From: an uncultured Spirochaetota bacterium
GTDB taxonomy: Bacteria > Spirochaetota > Spirochaetia > SZUA-6 > Fen-1364
Length of the DNA: 64,000 bases
Assembly: GCA_963845535.1 (NCBI GenBank)
Contig: CAWJSK010000015.1
Location: forward strand, 256,001-320,000
Direction of reading: 5' to 3'
The notes below the pieces were generated by a model that did not search any database, had not been told where the DNA came from, and saw nothing but the letters and a program-made list of their open reading frames with translations. Position numbers and translations under genes: made by a program. Below are positions 28,939 to 38,797 of this stretch, one piece after another (the stretch's first letter is position 1; every line of letters begins with the position of its first letter).

Positions 28939-30963
28939 ATGACGAACGCCCTGAATCATGACCTCCCGATAGATTCGATGCCTATTGCGTGCGTGATGTG
29001 GTCACCCGATCTCACGGTACTGTCCTGGAACCCGGCCGCGGAAAAAACCTTCGGGTATCAGGAGCCCGAAATGGCGGGAAGGAAGCTGCACGAGCTTCCG
29101 CTGGTGCCCCAAGCAATGCAGTACGAGCTTGCCGAGGTCCTGAATCGTGTCATGAGGAGCGGATTGACTCTCGAGAGGGAGAGCGAGGGCAACACCAAAG
29201 ACGGCCGCAACATCCTGTGCCACTGGACGAATACGCCGGTGAAACGCGACAACCACGTTGTGGGAGTCCTGTCCGTTCTGCAGGACGTCGCAGAAAAGTT
29301 CCAGGTTGTTCGAGAGCTTCTTCTTGACAGCAAACGACTTGAGAGGCTGCTTGCGCTTTCTCAATCAAAGCCCAAAACGGTTGATGAGCTTCTCTCTCAT
29401 TCCCTCGATGAGGCAGTCGCCCTGACATCGAGTGAGCTCGGATGCCTCTGCTGGTATGACGAAGTCTCGCATCGCTTCACTCGCCGTTCTCTTTCCGACT
29501 CTTCCCGTGGCGAGGTCACCTGTGAGCGGGTGATGGCAAGCGCCGAGGCCGCGGGCATCTGGGACCGCGTGGTCACCCGGCGAAAGCCTTTGATCGACAA
29601 TGACTTTTTCGTGCCCGACGCTTCGGCACTTCGTCTTCCGATGAGAAGGTTTCTCGCCGTTCCGCTGTTCGTAAAGGAGAAGATCGCTGCCGTGGTGGGC
29701 GTCACAAATGCCCCGGTGGAATATGGCGAATCAGACGCAGCGCAGCTTGCGCTGCTGATGAACAGCATCGGAAGGATGATCAGCTTGCAGGAGACCGAGG
29801 AGGCTCTTGGCGTCGCGCGCGAGCAGCTTCTTCAAGGCCAGAAAATGGAGGCCATAGGGCGCCTCGCGGGAGGGATAGCGCACGATTTCAATAACCTTTT
29901 GCAGGTCATGAACGGGCATGCGGAGCTGCTGCTGGAGGATGTCGATGACTCTGTCAAGCACCGCGTTGCCGAGCTGAAGGACGTGATCCGCAAGGCAGCA
30001 GCCCTCATCTCGCAGCTCCTTGCCTTCAGCAGAAAATCGATCGTGTCCCTGCGCTCTATCGACTGCAATGAGCTCATCACCGGTACAAGCCTGATGCTTC
30101 GCCGTGTGATCGGGGAAAACATCCGACTGTTGACCCGACTCGGTGAGAATCTGTGGAAGATCAAGGCGGATCGAGGTCAGATCGAGCAGGTCGTGATGAA
30201 CATCGTCGTGAACGCGCGCGACGCCATGCCGCGGGGGGGCTCACTCACCATAGAGACTTCCAACCTGTTCTTCGAGGACGGGAGCTCGCAACTCTTCCCC
30301 GAGGTAACCGCGGGAGAATACGTCCGGCTGTCGGTACGTGACACGGGCATGGGCATGCACGAAGAGACCCGCGCGCGGATTTTCGAGCCATTCTTCACGA
30401 CGAAGCCGCCAGGGAAAGGCGTCGGGCTCGGCCTCGCGGTGGTATACGGAATCGTACGGCAATGCGGGGCGTTCATTGCCTGTGAGAGCAAGGTTGGTGG
30501 AGGAACGCTTATCGAGATTCTTTTCCCCAGAGCAGCAGACTCCGCGCCGGAGGAAAAGAACCCTGAACCGGGAAGCGCGGCCCACAAGGGCAGCGAAACG
30601 ATCCTGGTGGTCGAGGACAACGAGGAAGTGAGGGAGATTGCGGAGAGCTTCCTTGCGCGGGACGGCTACCAGGTGCTCACGGCAGAAGACGGGGAGGCGG
30701 CTGTGAGAAAGGCGGTCCTCGGCCCGGTCGACCTCCTCCTCACCGACGTCGTCATGCCCGGAATGAACGGCAAGGAAGTATCAGACAGAATCAGGCAGAT
30801 CATGCCGGATATCAGGGTGGTATTCATGTCTGGCTACCCCGCCGAAGCGATATCACATCATGGCGTTCTGGATAGCTCGGTCCAGTTCCTCCAGAAGCCC
30901 TTTACGCGAGAGAAGCTTCTCCGCCAGATCCGGGACTCACTTGACATGATGAAGCGGGGATAG
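28939..30963 (+). CDS. Hybrid sensor kinase PAS-GAF-HisKA-HATPase-REC (CckA-like)
   Basis: WNPAAE, GAF RRFLAVP, AHDFNNLL, NARDAMP, PFFTTK, REC TDVVMPG. Confidence 0.93.
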   Translation: MTNALNHDLPIDSMPIACVMWSPDLTVLSWNPAAEKTFGYQEPEMAGRKLHELPLVPQAMQYELAEVLNRVMRSGLTLERESEGNTKDGRNILCHWTNTPVKRDNHVVGVLSVLQDVAEKFQVVRELLLDSKRLERLLALSQSKPKTVDELLSHSLDEAVALTSSELGCLCWYDEVSHRFTRRSLSDSSRGEVTCERVMASAEAAGIWDRVVTRRKPLIDNDFFVPDASALRLPMRRFLAVPLFVKEKIAAVVGVTNAPVEYGESDAAQLALLMNSIGRMISLQETEEALGVAREQLLQGQKMEAIGRLAGGIAHDFNNLLQVMNGHAELLLEDVDDSVKHRVAELKDVIRKAAALISQLLAFSRKSIVSLRSIDCNELITGTSLMLRRVIGENIRLLTRLGENLWKIKADRGQIEQVVMNIVVNARDAMPRGGSLTIETSNLFFEDGSSQLFPEVTAGEYVRLSVRDTGMGMHEETRARIFEPFFTTKPPGKGVGLGLAVVYGIVRQCGAFIACESKVGGGTLIEILFPRAADSAPEEKNPEPGSAAHKGSETILVVEDNEEVREIAESFLARDGYQVLTAEDGEAAVRKAVLGPVDLLLTDVVMPGMNGKEVSDRIRQIMPDIRVVFMSGYPAEAISHHGVLDSSVQFLQKPFTREKLLRQIRDSLDMMKRG

Positions 30964-31063
30964 CCGCCACTGCTGCGGAGCGCCCGGGCAGGAGTGAAAT
31001 TCCCGCGCCTTTTCGCTCGAAGCCCGATCTAGTCAGTATGATCCCAGAGGTGTATTTCTTTGG

Positions 31064-31837
31064 TCAGCCCGCTCTCCCCCCGTGTCCTCGAAAGCTGAGA
31101 AAATCTCTCTGCTTTTCAAAATCAGGCACCAAAGATGCTACAAGGCTCCAAAAAGCTTTCGAGTGGTTCATGTGCCTTAAATGACACATCTCATGAGCAA
31201 CAACGTACTCAAGAACCGCTTTGGGAAACAGCCCAAGTTTCCAATTCAGATTTATCACATGGTTTCGGCCGCAGCTTCCCCAGAGTCTCTTTTGGGCTTT
31301 GATCCTCAATCCTTTCGGAAGTATTCCGATTCTCTTTCCGAAGACTTGTACGATTCTCACGGCCTCGGCAGAAACTTGCTTTTTGATCCAATCTTCAACT
31401 TTCTTCCTTACCGCGCCCTCTTTTGCTTGTTGTGTCAGCCCTGCTTGAACTCTCACGATCAAACGGCCGTCGTATTCGATTCGAGAACGCTTCCTTTCTT
31501 CCGCAAATACCGTTAAATGAATTTCATTTCCCAAGAAAGGGATTCTTGCTCCCGAAACATATCGAAAATCTGTGAAGCTCTTCAACCTGTCTTCTTGCTC
31601 CAGAACCCGTTCTCTTGCCAAGTAGACTCTTCTCTTCATCTTCTCGATCAAGTCGATTGCTTCTTGTTCTCGTGATCCCTTTGGAAGGACGACTTTGATA
31701 CCAGATGGCGCAATAACGATCCGCTTGTGCTTGGCTCTTGGACTATAGGCTACTGAGTAATGAATTATGCCGTTCGCGAAAATCAATCGTGGCACTCTCG
31801 TTCTCCTCGCGGAATCAACAATCAACATCATGATCAA
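31064..31837 (-). CDS. M48/YgjP (DUF45)-family metallopeptidase
   Basis: KRLWGSC, EYVVAHEMCHL..MNHS..FW. Confidence 0.88.
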   Translation of the reverse strand: MIMMLIVDSARRTRVPRLIFANGIIHYSVAYSPRAKHKRIVIAPSGIKVVLPKGSREQEAIDLIEKMKRRVYLARERVLEQEDRLKSFTDFRYVSGARIPFLGNEIHLTVFAEERKRSRIEYDGRLIVRVQAGLTQQAKEGAVRKKVEDWIKKQVSAEAVRIVQVFGKRIGILPKGLRIKAQKRLWGSCGRNHVINLNWKLGLFPKAVLEYVVAHEMCHLRHMNHSKAFWSLVASLVPDFEKQRDFLSFRGHGGRAG

Positions 31838-32029
31838 CTACGGAGAAGGGCCGCGTAGCTACACGCACCGTCTCGATACATATGCCCCGGCCTGTCAGTT
31901 CGAGAAGCCGGTGAATCAGCTTACATCCGGAAAGCTTCAAGGTCAAATAGCGGCCAGGATTGGAAGGGTGCGCGATATCGATGAGTCCTTTTTTAGGCTT
32001 TACGCCGTTCCATCATTCCTTTAGTATTC

Positions 32030-32278
32030 ATGAGCAACAGGAGGACACCACAATTGGCAAAGCAGGAAAGATTGTATTCAGCGGAGGAGGGAGCCTATGC
32101 GACAAGATTGACTCTTAGCTCTTTCAGGGCAAAGGTCAGTACATTGGGCATCAAAGGGAAAAGGCAAGGGCAGAAGGTGTTCTATACACACAAGCAGCTA
32201 GAGGATATTTACGCTGGTATTCCGGCCAGAGGAAAGAAAGCTCCGAAAAAGGCAAAGAGGCGAACCGCCACGACGTGA
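32030..32278 (+). CDS. Small basic DNA-binding protein (excisionase/HTH_17-like)
   Basis: RLYSAEEGA...IKGKRQG.KVFY pattern, Lys/Arg-rich tail. Confidence 0.5.
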   Translation: MSNRRTPQLAKQERLYSAEEGAYATRLTLSSFRAKVSTLGIKGKRQGQKVFYTHKQLEDIYAGIPARGKKAPKKAKRRTATT

Positions 32279-32372
32279 CGGAAAGGTGAGGTTATTCCCA
32301 AGGTTGCAGGACGCTCATCACACTATCGAGGATTGAGGTGGGTTTCCCGTTTTGCATCTTCAAGGATTCAAA

Positions 32373-33590
32373 GTGAAGCGCTATCCGTATGTCATCGTGG
32401 GGGCCTCTATTGCAGGGCTGTCCGCAACGGGGGCCATTCGCTCTCGAGACTCCGCAGGGCCAATTCTTTTGATTCATGGAGAGAACCGTCTGCCGTACAA
32501 GCGTACGCAGCTCTCCAAGCGGTTAGCTCGTGGCTTTTCCGGCGATGAGCTTGCTCTCTATCCTCAGGAATGGTATCCCGCGCGTAAGGTCGAGCTTCTT
32601 CAGGGGATCCGCGGGGTCTTTGTCGAGCCCTGCTCAAGAGAGCTGTCTCTGAGCACCGGAGAGGTCATTGGGTACGAGTCTCTCTTGGTTGCTACTGGCG
32701 CCGCACCGACCATCGTAAATATCCCCGGCTCTCAATATCTTTCCTTCTTGCGTTGGATCGAGCAAGCGGAGGCGATGGCTCACCGGCTAGGGGAGATGGG
32801 AACGGCTGTTTCCATCGGATTTGGAGTCCAGGGCATAGAAATGGCCGATCAATTCAAGTCCGCGGGAATAGAAACGACGCTTATTGGATCTCAGGGCATG
32901 CTCATGGCGGGTCATCTCGACCTTGAAGCTAGTCAACGCCTGGAAAATCGGATACGTGCGGCGGGAATACGCGTTCAGCGCTGGGGAAAAATCCTTGAGG
33001 TACAGCGGAGGACTCGTGGGTACCGAGTCATCGCGGAAGAAGGGGAAATAGACACCGAGATGGTAAGCGCTTCCGTAGGGGCCACCGCGATGACCGACCT
33101 GGCTGCATCTGCCAAGATTCCACTTCAAGATGACAAGCCTCACGGGATGAAAGTTGGGCCTGACATGCGGACGGGAGTCGAGGGCATCTACGCAGCAGGC
33201 GACTGCGCGGCACCTTTACCGGGCGCCTCTTGGGGGCTTTGGCATTCCGCGGAAGACGCTGGGATGACCGCGGGGATCAACATGGCAGGAGGAGATTCGC
33301 GGCCAGCACCGAAGCCGCGCAGGCTCAAGTGTGAAGCCTTCGGCGGGTATCTCTTTTCCTTGAACTATCGAAGTGTCTCCTCGGACGAGAAAGCGGAACC
33401 TCGGGTGCTCCGGAACACGCCAACACTGTATCTCAGGGTGTGGGTACACGAAGGCCGTAGCGTGGGTGCGGTGCTGGATGTGTATCCCAACCCAGGGCAA
33501 TTGCTGGTTAAATCGCTTGGAAAACATTTGGAAAGGCTGATCCTTGAGGGGGCAAGGGCGGAAGACATCCCTGAGGCTCTTGGAATATAG
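32373..33590 (+). CDS. FAD-dependent pyridine nucleotide oxidoreductase (NirB/rubredoxin reductase-like)
   Basis: VIVGASIAG, PYKR..LSK, LLVATG, IYAAGDCA. Confidence 0.85.
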   Translation: MKRYPYVIVGASIAGLSATGAIRSRDSAGPILLIHGENRLPYKRTQLSKRLARGFSGDELALYPQEWYPARKVELLQGIRGVFVEPCSRELSLSTGEVIGYESLLVATGAAPTIVNIPGSQYLSFLRWIEQAEAMAHRLGEMGTAVSIGFGVQGIEMADQFKSAGIETTLIGSQGMLMAGHLDLEASQRLENRIRAAGIRVQRWGKILEVQRRTRGYRVIAEEGEIDTEMVSASVGATAMTDLAASAKIPLQDDKPHGMKVGPDMRTGVEGIYAAGDCAAPLPGASWGLWHSAEDAGMTAGINMAGGDSRPAPKPRRLKCEAFGGYLFSLNYRSVSSDEKAEPRVLRNTPTLYLRVWVHEGRSVGAVLDVYPNPGQLLVKSLGKHLERLILEGARAEDIPEALGI

Positions 33591-33629
33591 CAAACCGCGG
33601 TTGAACACTTTTCCTTAGCGGTGCTCGTC

Positions 33630-34217
33630 TTAGACGTCACGCGCTTGTGTCGACGTCAGCCTTTTCGAAACGGTAATCGCCTTCGCAGTCACGCGTGAGT
33701 CCAGGGGCGCCCCGGACCCGGCGTTAGAGATCAGTATCTTTCCCACGATCTTCATTCCGCCGCCGGTGTGAAGGATCGTTTTCAACAACCTCGCGGGGCT
33801 TCCACCCCAAAGTCTGCTGAACGGCCAGGGAGATCCGGCCGAAACGACAATAGCCGCCCTTTTACCCCGAAGCTTAGGGGAGGGCCAGCCCTTGGCAAAT
33901 GATTCGAACAGGGTCACGTTCCGATCGAAGACGGCTTTCAGCGGCGCTGTCATGTTGTTCCAATACACGGGCGTGCCGACGACAAACGCCTCCGCGGAAG
34001 CGATCGCGGCGCGAACCCGCTGCGCGTCGTCGGAGGGGAGTACACATACTCCGTCCGGTCTGCACCTCATGCATCCCATGCATGGCTTGACCTTCAGGTC
34101 ATACGCATCGAACCATTCCACCTGCCCCGCTTCGGAAAGCTTCTCTTTCATAATGGCGAGGAAAGCGGCCGTGCTGCCATTCTTCCGCGGGCTTCCGTTC
34201 AATATGACAGTCTTCAT
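33630..34217 (-). CDS. Flavodoxin family protein (iron-sulfur flavoprotein-like)
   Basis: NGSPRKNGST, PCMGCMRC...C, GTPVYW. Confidence 0.9.
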   Translation of the reverse strand: MKTVILNGSPRKNGSTAAFLAIMKEKLSEAGQVEWFDAYDLKVKPCMGCMRCRPDGVCVLPSDDAQRVRAAIASAEAFVVGTPVYWNNMTAPLKAVFDRNVTLFESFAKGWPSPKLRGKRAAIVVSAGSPWPFSRLWGGSPARLLKTILHTGGGMKIVGKILISNAGSGAPLDSRVTAKAITVSKRLTSTQARDV

Positions 34218-34246
34218 TCATGCTCCTTTCACGCCAACGTTTCCGG

Positions 34247-35065
34247 TCAAAGGGCCAGGGTGATGCCGAGCTGTCCGCCCACAGAGAGCGTGTATTGGTT
34301 ATAGCGGTCAGCCAGGAACGTCCCAAGCATCAAAGCAGAATACAGCGAAAGCTTCTCTGTGAGTCTTTTCGTGAACACACCGACGCCTCCCACGCGGTGT
34401 GACACGTACCCCGATGCTGGAACGATCAGTACGTAGTCATTCAGGCCCACGCGGAGACCGGGGATGATCGTAACGAGACCGTAGAGTTGGTTCGAAAGTT
34501 CGTAGTCGCTCTTGCCGAGGGCGCAGTTGGCTATTCGCTCGAAGAAGTAGCCGTTGCCGTCACCGACATGGAAATACGTGGCGCTGAATGTGTCCAGCGC
34601 GGCGAACGATCCGAAGGCGACTTTGAGCGTGGGGGCGGCCACAAGCATGTATCCGGCCGCGTTGCTTTGCGTGAGACCCGACAGGGAAGCGTTGTCGAAT
34701 GCGGCAGCATAGCCCGGAAGGTCGACAAAGCCAAAGCCCAGGGCATTGAAGTATCCGGTGAATTGCGCGGTGAGGGCCAGGTCAAAGAACGCGATGGGCT
34801 CAACATCCACGAATACCCCTGCCAGCTCGTACGCCGGGGAAAGAGTATTGATGACACCAAAGTCGATCTTCGTGGATTCCCAGAGCATCCCCTCAGACTT
34901 TGTGAGGGGCACGCGATAAGAGAATTGAGTCACAAGCTGAACGCCGAGGGGAGCATTGGAGGCTTGGATGGCCTGGTCGAGGTAAAATCCGCCGACAGCC
35001 TTGTCTGCGAAAAGGCTCCACGCCACGACCACTGAAAGTACAAGGGCGAGTGTCGCTCTCTTCAT
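34247..35065 (-). CDS. Exported hypothetical protein, possibly outer-membrane beta-barrel
   Basis: Signal peptide, alternating hydrophobic beta-strand patterns, co-oriented and overlapping with neighbours. Confidence 0.6.
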   Translation of the reverse strand: MKRATLALVLSVVVAWSLFADKAVGGFYLDQAIQASNAPLGVQLVTQFSYRVPLTKSEGMLWESTKIDFGVINTLSPAYELAGVFVDVEPIAFFDLALTAQFTGYFNALGFGFVDLPGYAAAFDNASLSGLTQSNAAGYMLVAAPTLKVAFGSFAALDTFSATYFHVGDGNGYFFERIANCALGKSDYELSNQLYGLVTIIPGLRVGLNDYVLIVPASGYVSHRVGGVGVFTKRLTEKLSLYSALMLGTFLADRYNQYTLSVGGQLGITLAL

Positions 35066-35842
35066 GGGTTTTGCCGCACAGTTACGGAGATATCGGCAAC
35101 GATTTCCAAGGCGGTTGTGATCCCGGAAAGGTCAGGATCAATCGAGCCATCCCTGCCGTCCGCTGCGCCATGACCCACGAGGGAAAGCTGATAGACGTGG
35201 ACTCCGGAATCCAGATCGATGTCCGCCGCATATACGAGCGACGGCTGTCCGCTCCCGCCAACCGGGCCGCCAGAGTACCCCGGCTCTCCTGGTTTCGCAG
35301 AAGCCGGGTAGCGGTCATTGAAATCCAATGACTGGTTGAGCTCGGCCAAAATCCGAAACTTCCTGAGGTCAGGCTTCTCCGCGAATGCCGCATCGACCCC
35401 CGCCTTCGAAGTGGCGCCGCTCACCGCGTCCGCCGCGGTGTCGGCCTTGGTCGGCATGAAGAGCCCGTCCGCGGATTTGATTCCTCTGATGATGGCTCCA
35501 GACGGGGAGAGACTCAGGGCGCCGAATTCCTCCCTCAGGGACTTTCTCTCCCGGAGAGGCGACCCACCCCTGTGTGGCGGCTTTGCGCGTAACGAAGATG
35601 GTGCTCACGTAAGCTCCGTTTTCATCTTCGATCCAGATCGCGTACTGCGGCGGAGTCTGGAAGGTAAAGCAAAGAAACAAGGGATGACTATGGAGCCATG
35701 CCTTTCCCGGTGTCACGGAGACCTCTATGGGTCCTGTTCCGACTTTCGCAGGGACCGCGGCGCAGCCCATCAGAGCTCCCAGCACCACGGCTGACAGCAG
35801 CGCGCGCCAGTACCGGCGTCTCGTTTTGGTTTGACTTCTCAT
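35062..35842 (-). CDS. Lipoprotein, DUF2271-like, one frameshift near 35490
   Basis: Lipobox LMGC; PQYAIWIEDE.G.YV.T.FVT, RPESLPVWSH then other frame DGLFMP...DAVSGAT...GQPSLVY. Confidence 0.65.
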
Positions 35843-36498
35843 GTGCCCTTTCCTTTCGTTGCTACGATTGACCGCAGGATGTGTTGAAACATCGCATCCA
35901 CGAGAGTTTTCGAGTCGATTCGGCGATACTCACGGAGGTAGGCCGTCTTCTTGTCCAGGAGAACGTTCAACCCAAGGAGCTCTGCCCAAAGCACCAACAT
36001 CGTCTCCTCGGGGTCCAGGTCGCTGCGGAGGCTTCCGTCGCGGATCCCCTCACGAATCGTGCTGACAAGGAGGTCCGCAACCTTTTCTCCTTCCGCATAG
36101 CACTTGCGCGCAATGAGGTCGTCTTCAGCGAAGTCAGCATCCTGCGTCTCGTACATCATGATGGTTCGAAAATGGTCGAAATGCCGGTTTCGAAACTCGA
36201 CGTATGCTCGACCCACGGCGGCAAGACGTTCCGCCGCAGGTCCACCCGCCAAAGCGCTTGCGGTCTCCCGCAGCGTTGAGTTGAGCAGACAGAAGCCCCG
36301 ATGCGCGATGGCAAGGGTGAGCTGGTTCTTGCTGGTGAAGTACTTGTACAGCGTCCTTTTGCTGAAATCGGCCTCGCGGGCAACGTCGTCCATGGTTGCG
36401 CCATCGAAGCCTCGGGCAAAAAAGACCCGTTCGGCTGCGTCGATGATGTCATCTTCGCGAATTACCTTTTCCCGTTCTCTGCGTTCAGTAGCACCCAT
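35839..36498 (-). CDS. TetR/AcrR-family transcriptional regulator
   Basis: IIDAAERVF..RGFDGATMDDVAREADFSKRTLYKYF. Confidence 0.93.
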   Translation of the reverse strand: MGATERREREKVIREDDIIDAAERVFFARGFDGATMDDVAREADFSKRTLYKYFTSKNQLTLAIAHRGFCLLNSTLRETASALAGGPAAERLAAVGRAYVEFRNRHFDHFRTIMMYETQDADFAEDDLIARKCYAEGEKVADLLVSTIREGIRDGSLRSDLDPEETMLVLWAELLGLNVLLDKKTAYLREYRRIDSKTLVDAMFQHILRSIVATKGKGT

Positions 36499-36514
36499 TA
36501 GCAACCTCTATTAG

Positions 36515-36531
36515 GTAAACCATTAGTTTAC
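36515..36531. promoter_or_regulatory. Candidate TetR operator
   Basis: Palindrome GTAAAC-CATTA-GTTTAC just upstream of the TetR start. Confidence 0.55.
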
Positions 36532-36747
36532 TTTGTGTCACCTTAGTATACTAATCATAGGTCTGTCAAGTGCTCTATTATTGCGGCGCAGGGGGAGAAC
36601 CAAGCAGGCGGAGAGTTCGAGGTTGCAAGCGTATTAAGTTCGTACGGGAGTTCCCTTTCAGAAGCTCTGGATGGAAGTGCTGTCTGCAGGCGGAAGTCTG
36701 CTACCCCTGTCTCAGGCGCTGCAGGTGCATCCCGAGATGAGGGAACA

Positions 36748-37083
36748 TCACGGCGCGCCGGCCCCACCGATGGCAACCAAGGCGCCGGTGTCGCGTTCAA
36801 AGCTGATCCAGCCAAGGGCGCCGGTGTCGATATTTTCAACAACAATCCTCAGCCTTATGATCCCCTTGGCGCCATTCTCCTCTATGACTTTGGATAGATC
36901 AGTGGCGAGATCGAGGGGAACTTCTTTTTCAGTCAGCTTGGGAGAGAAGTACTTCATGAACTGGAAATCTTTTACAGACACGATCTGACTTCCAGACAGG
37001 GACTGCCCGCCGACATACAATGCGTTGGACGCGGATACAGGATAGCTCATGCTCATCGGAACCACGGGTATCGTTTGATTCAT
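36748..37083 (-). pseudogene. Possible truncated lipoprotein-like hypothetical
   Basis: Plausible globular sequence preceded by ...CATMNQ but lacking a signal peptide; abuts an IS relic. Confidence 0.3.
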
Positions 37084-37150
37084 TGTTGCGCACACTCTTT
37101 CTCCCTTTGAGACCGGAGGAGTGAACGATAAAAAAAGCACATCGCAATCA

Positions 37151-37267
37151 CTCTTTGCAGAGTTTCCTCGGAAGCACTGGCGCAAGATCCGAACGAACAA
37201 CGCGATGGAGCAGGTGATGCGAGAAATCCGTCGGCGCGCCCGCGCGGGCGGGTATTATCGTAGGTAA
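37151..37267 (+). pseudogene. IS256-family transposase remnant
   Basis: Manual translation LFAEFPRKHWRKIRTNNAMEQVMREIRRRAR matches the IS256 C-terminal FP..HW..IRT.N..E....EIRRR motif. Confidence 0.75.
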
Positions 37268-37392
37268 TACATCCTATTCCGAAATTCGACCTTTGTCCGC
37301 TTTTGGGGTGCTGACAGCTTGGAGTAGGCTGATTTTCATCCCCGGGCCTGGTTGGGTTTCGGCGCGGGGAAACTCATGAGAGGAGGCACTCA

Positions 37393-38643
37393 ATGCAGAA
37401 GCGGATTTTGTTCGTCTTCGTGGCTGTCGCCTGCTGTCTGTTGCTTGCCATGCCGGCGTTCAGTCAGAAGGTCAAGCTCACCGTCTGGGTCATCGATCTT
37501 CCCGACGATGAGCCGGCGCACGCCTATTCCAAGGCTTTGTCCACGGGATTCCAGGCCGCCAACCCGGACATCGAACTGGAATACGTCGCCCTGGGAAATG
37601 ATCCCCTCAAGGACAAGACGAAAGTCGCCATGGCCACCAACACCGGTCTTCCCGACATCTTCCAGACCTGGGGCGGATCCGTTATGGGAGGCTACGCTGA
37701 TGCCGGCAGGTTGCTGGATTTGACGTCGGATCTGAAGTCCATTCCCGGGAGCTCGGCGGCGGCGTCTGCCATGACCTGGAAGGGTAAGATCTACGGCGTG
37801 GCCCCGTTCTTCGCCATTGCGGGACTTTTTGTCAACGAAGGCGTCTTCAAAGACAACAACCTCAAGGTCCCCACGACAGTGGCCGACCTTGCGAAGGTTG
37901 CCGACGTCCTCATGGGAAAGGGAATCCAGCCCTTTGCCTGCGGCGCCAAGGACAAGTGGCCCACGCTGGCGTTGTACATGTACCTGACTGACCGCTACGG
38001 CGGGGACATCTTCACGCAGGCCGCAGCCAGGAAGGCCCGGTTCGACAGCGCTCCGTTCGTCAAGGCCGCCCAGCTGTACCAGGACTGGGTGAAGAAGGGC
38101 TACTTTGGCGCGCAGCCACTGGGTGAAGCCTACGGAGATGCGCAGCAGCTCATGGCAACCGGCAAGGCAGGCATGCAGGTCTCCGGCTCCTGGCTGTGCT
38201 CCAACTACTCCAGCAAGGACTTCACGGACCAGACCATCGGGTTCTACCAGTTCCCCATCATTACCGGCGGCAAGGGGCTTGCCTCTGACGTGATGGGCAT
38301 GACCGACATCGGCTACGCGGCAACCAAGGCTGGCGCGGCCAAGAAGGCCGCCATCGTGCGCTTCATGAAGTACGCGATGAGCACGGACGCGGCGCAGGCC
38401 GAGCCCGGACGCGTTACGTCGGTTCCGGGCGTAAAGCCTCCGTCCGTTTTGACGGAAATGGCTTCCGGCGTGTTCGGGAAGGCCAAGATGGTTCAGTTCT
38501 GGTGGGACCAGAACCTGCCTCCGGCGGTGACCACGCCGCTCAATGAGACCATCCAGACCTTCTTCCTGCCGGATACCGACGTCAAGGCTTCTCTCATCAA
38601 GTTCGAGCAGCTGGCGACGGACAACATGGGACCGGTCAAGTAA
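37393..38643 (+). CDS. Oligosaccharide ABC transporter substrate-binding protein
   Basis: Signal peptide, PDIFQTWGG, GKIYGV, GKAGMQVSGSW (CUT1 SBP). Confidence 0.92.
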   Translation: MQKRILFVFVAVACCLLLAMPAFSQKVKLTVWVIDLPDDEPAHAYSKALSTGFQAANPDIELEYVALGNDPLKDKTKVAMATNTGLPDIFQTWGGSVMGGYADAGRLLDLTSDLKSIPGSSAAASAMTWKGKIYGVAPFFAIAGLFVNEGVFKDNNLKVPTTVADLAKVADVLMGKGIQPFACGAKDKWPTLALYMYLTDRYGGDIFTQAAARKARFDSAPFVKAAQLYQDWVKKGYFGAQPLGEAYGDAQQLMATGKAGMQVSGSWLCSNYSSKDFTDQTIGFYQFPIITGGKGLASDVMGMTDIGYAATKAGAAKKAAIVRFMKYAMSTDAAQAEPGRVTSVPGVKPPSVLTEMASGVFGKAKMVQFWWDQNLPPAVTTPLNETIQTFFLPDTDVKASLIKFEQLATDNMGPVK

Positions 38644-38646
38644 GAA

Positions 38647-38697
38647 AAAGACCAATCGGCGGGTGACGGCGTATCACCGTCATCCGCCCGGTCTTTG
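38647..38697 (+). terminator. Stem-loop after the SBP gene
   Basis: AAAGACC..GGCGGGTGACGG / CCGTCATCCGCC..GGTCTTT. Confidence 0.55.
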
Positions 38698-38797
38698 CTG
38701 GACGGGTCTTGCACAAAGCCGTCTTGACTCACCAGGCCCTTCTCACCAAAAAGAGACCAGGAAGAATGTCGCGCCAACGGAAAGAACGGAGGCAGGT

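Noticed and set aside
37390..38655. Long antisense ORFs here and elsewhere (e.g. 15222-16526, 17442-18662, 13140-14093)
   Set aside because: Shadow frames of high-GC coding genes; no motifs or RBS
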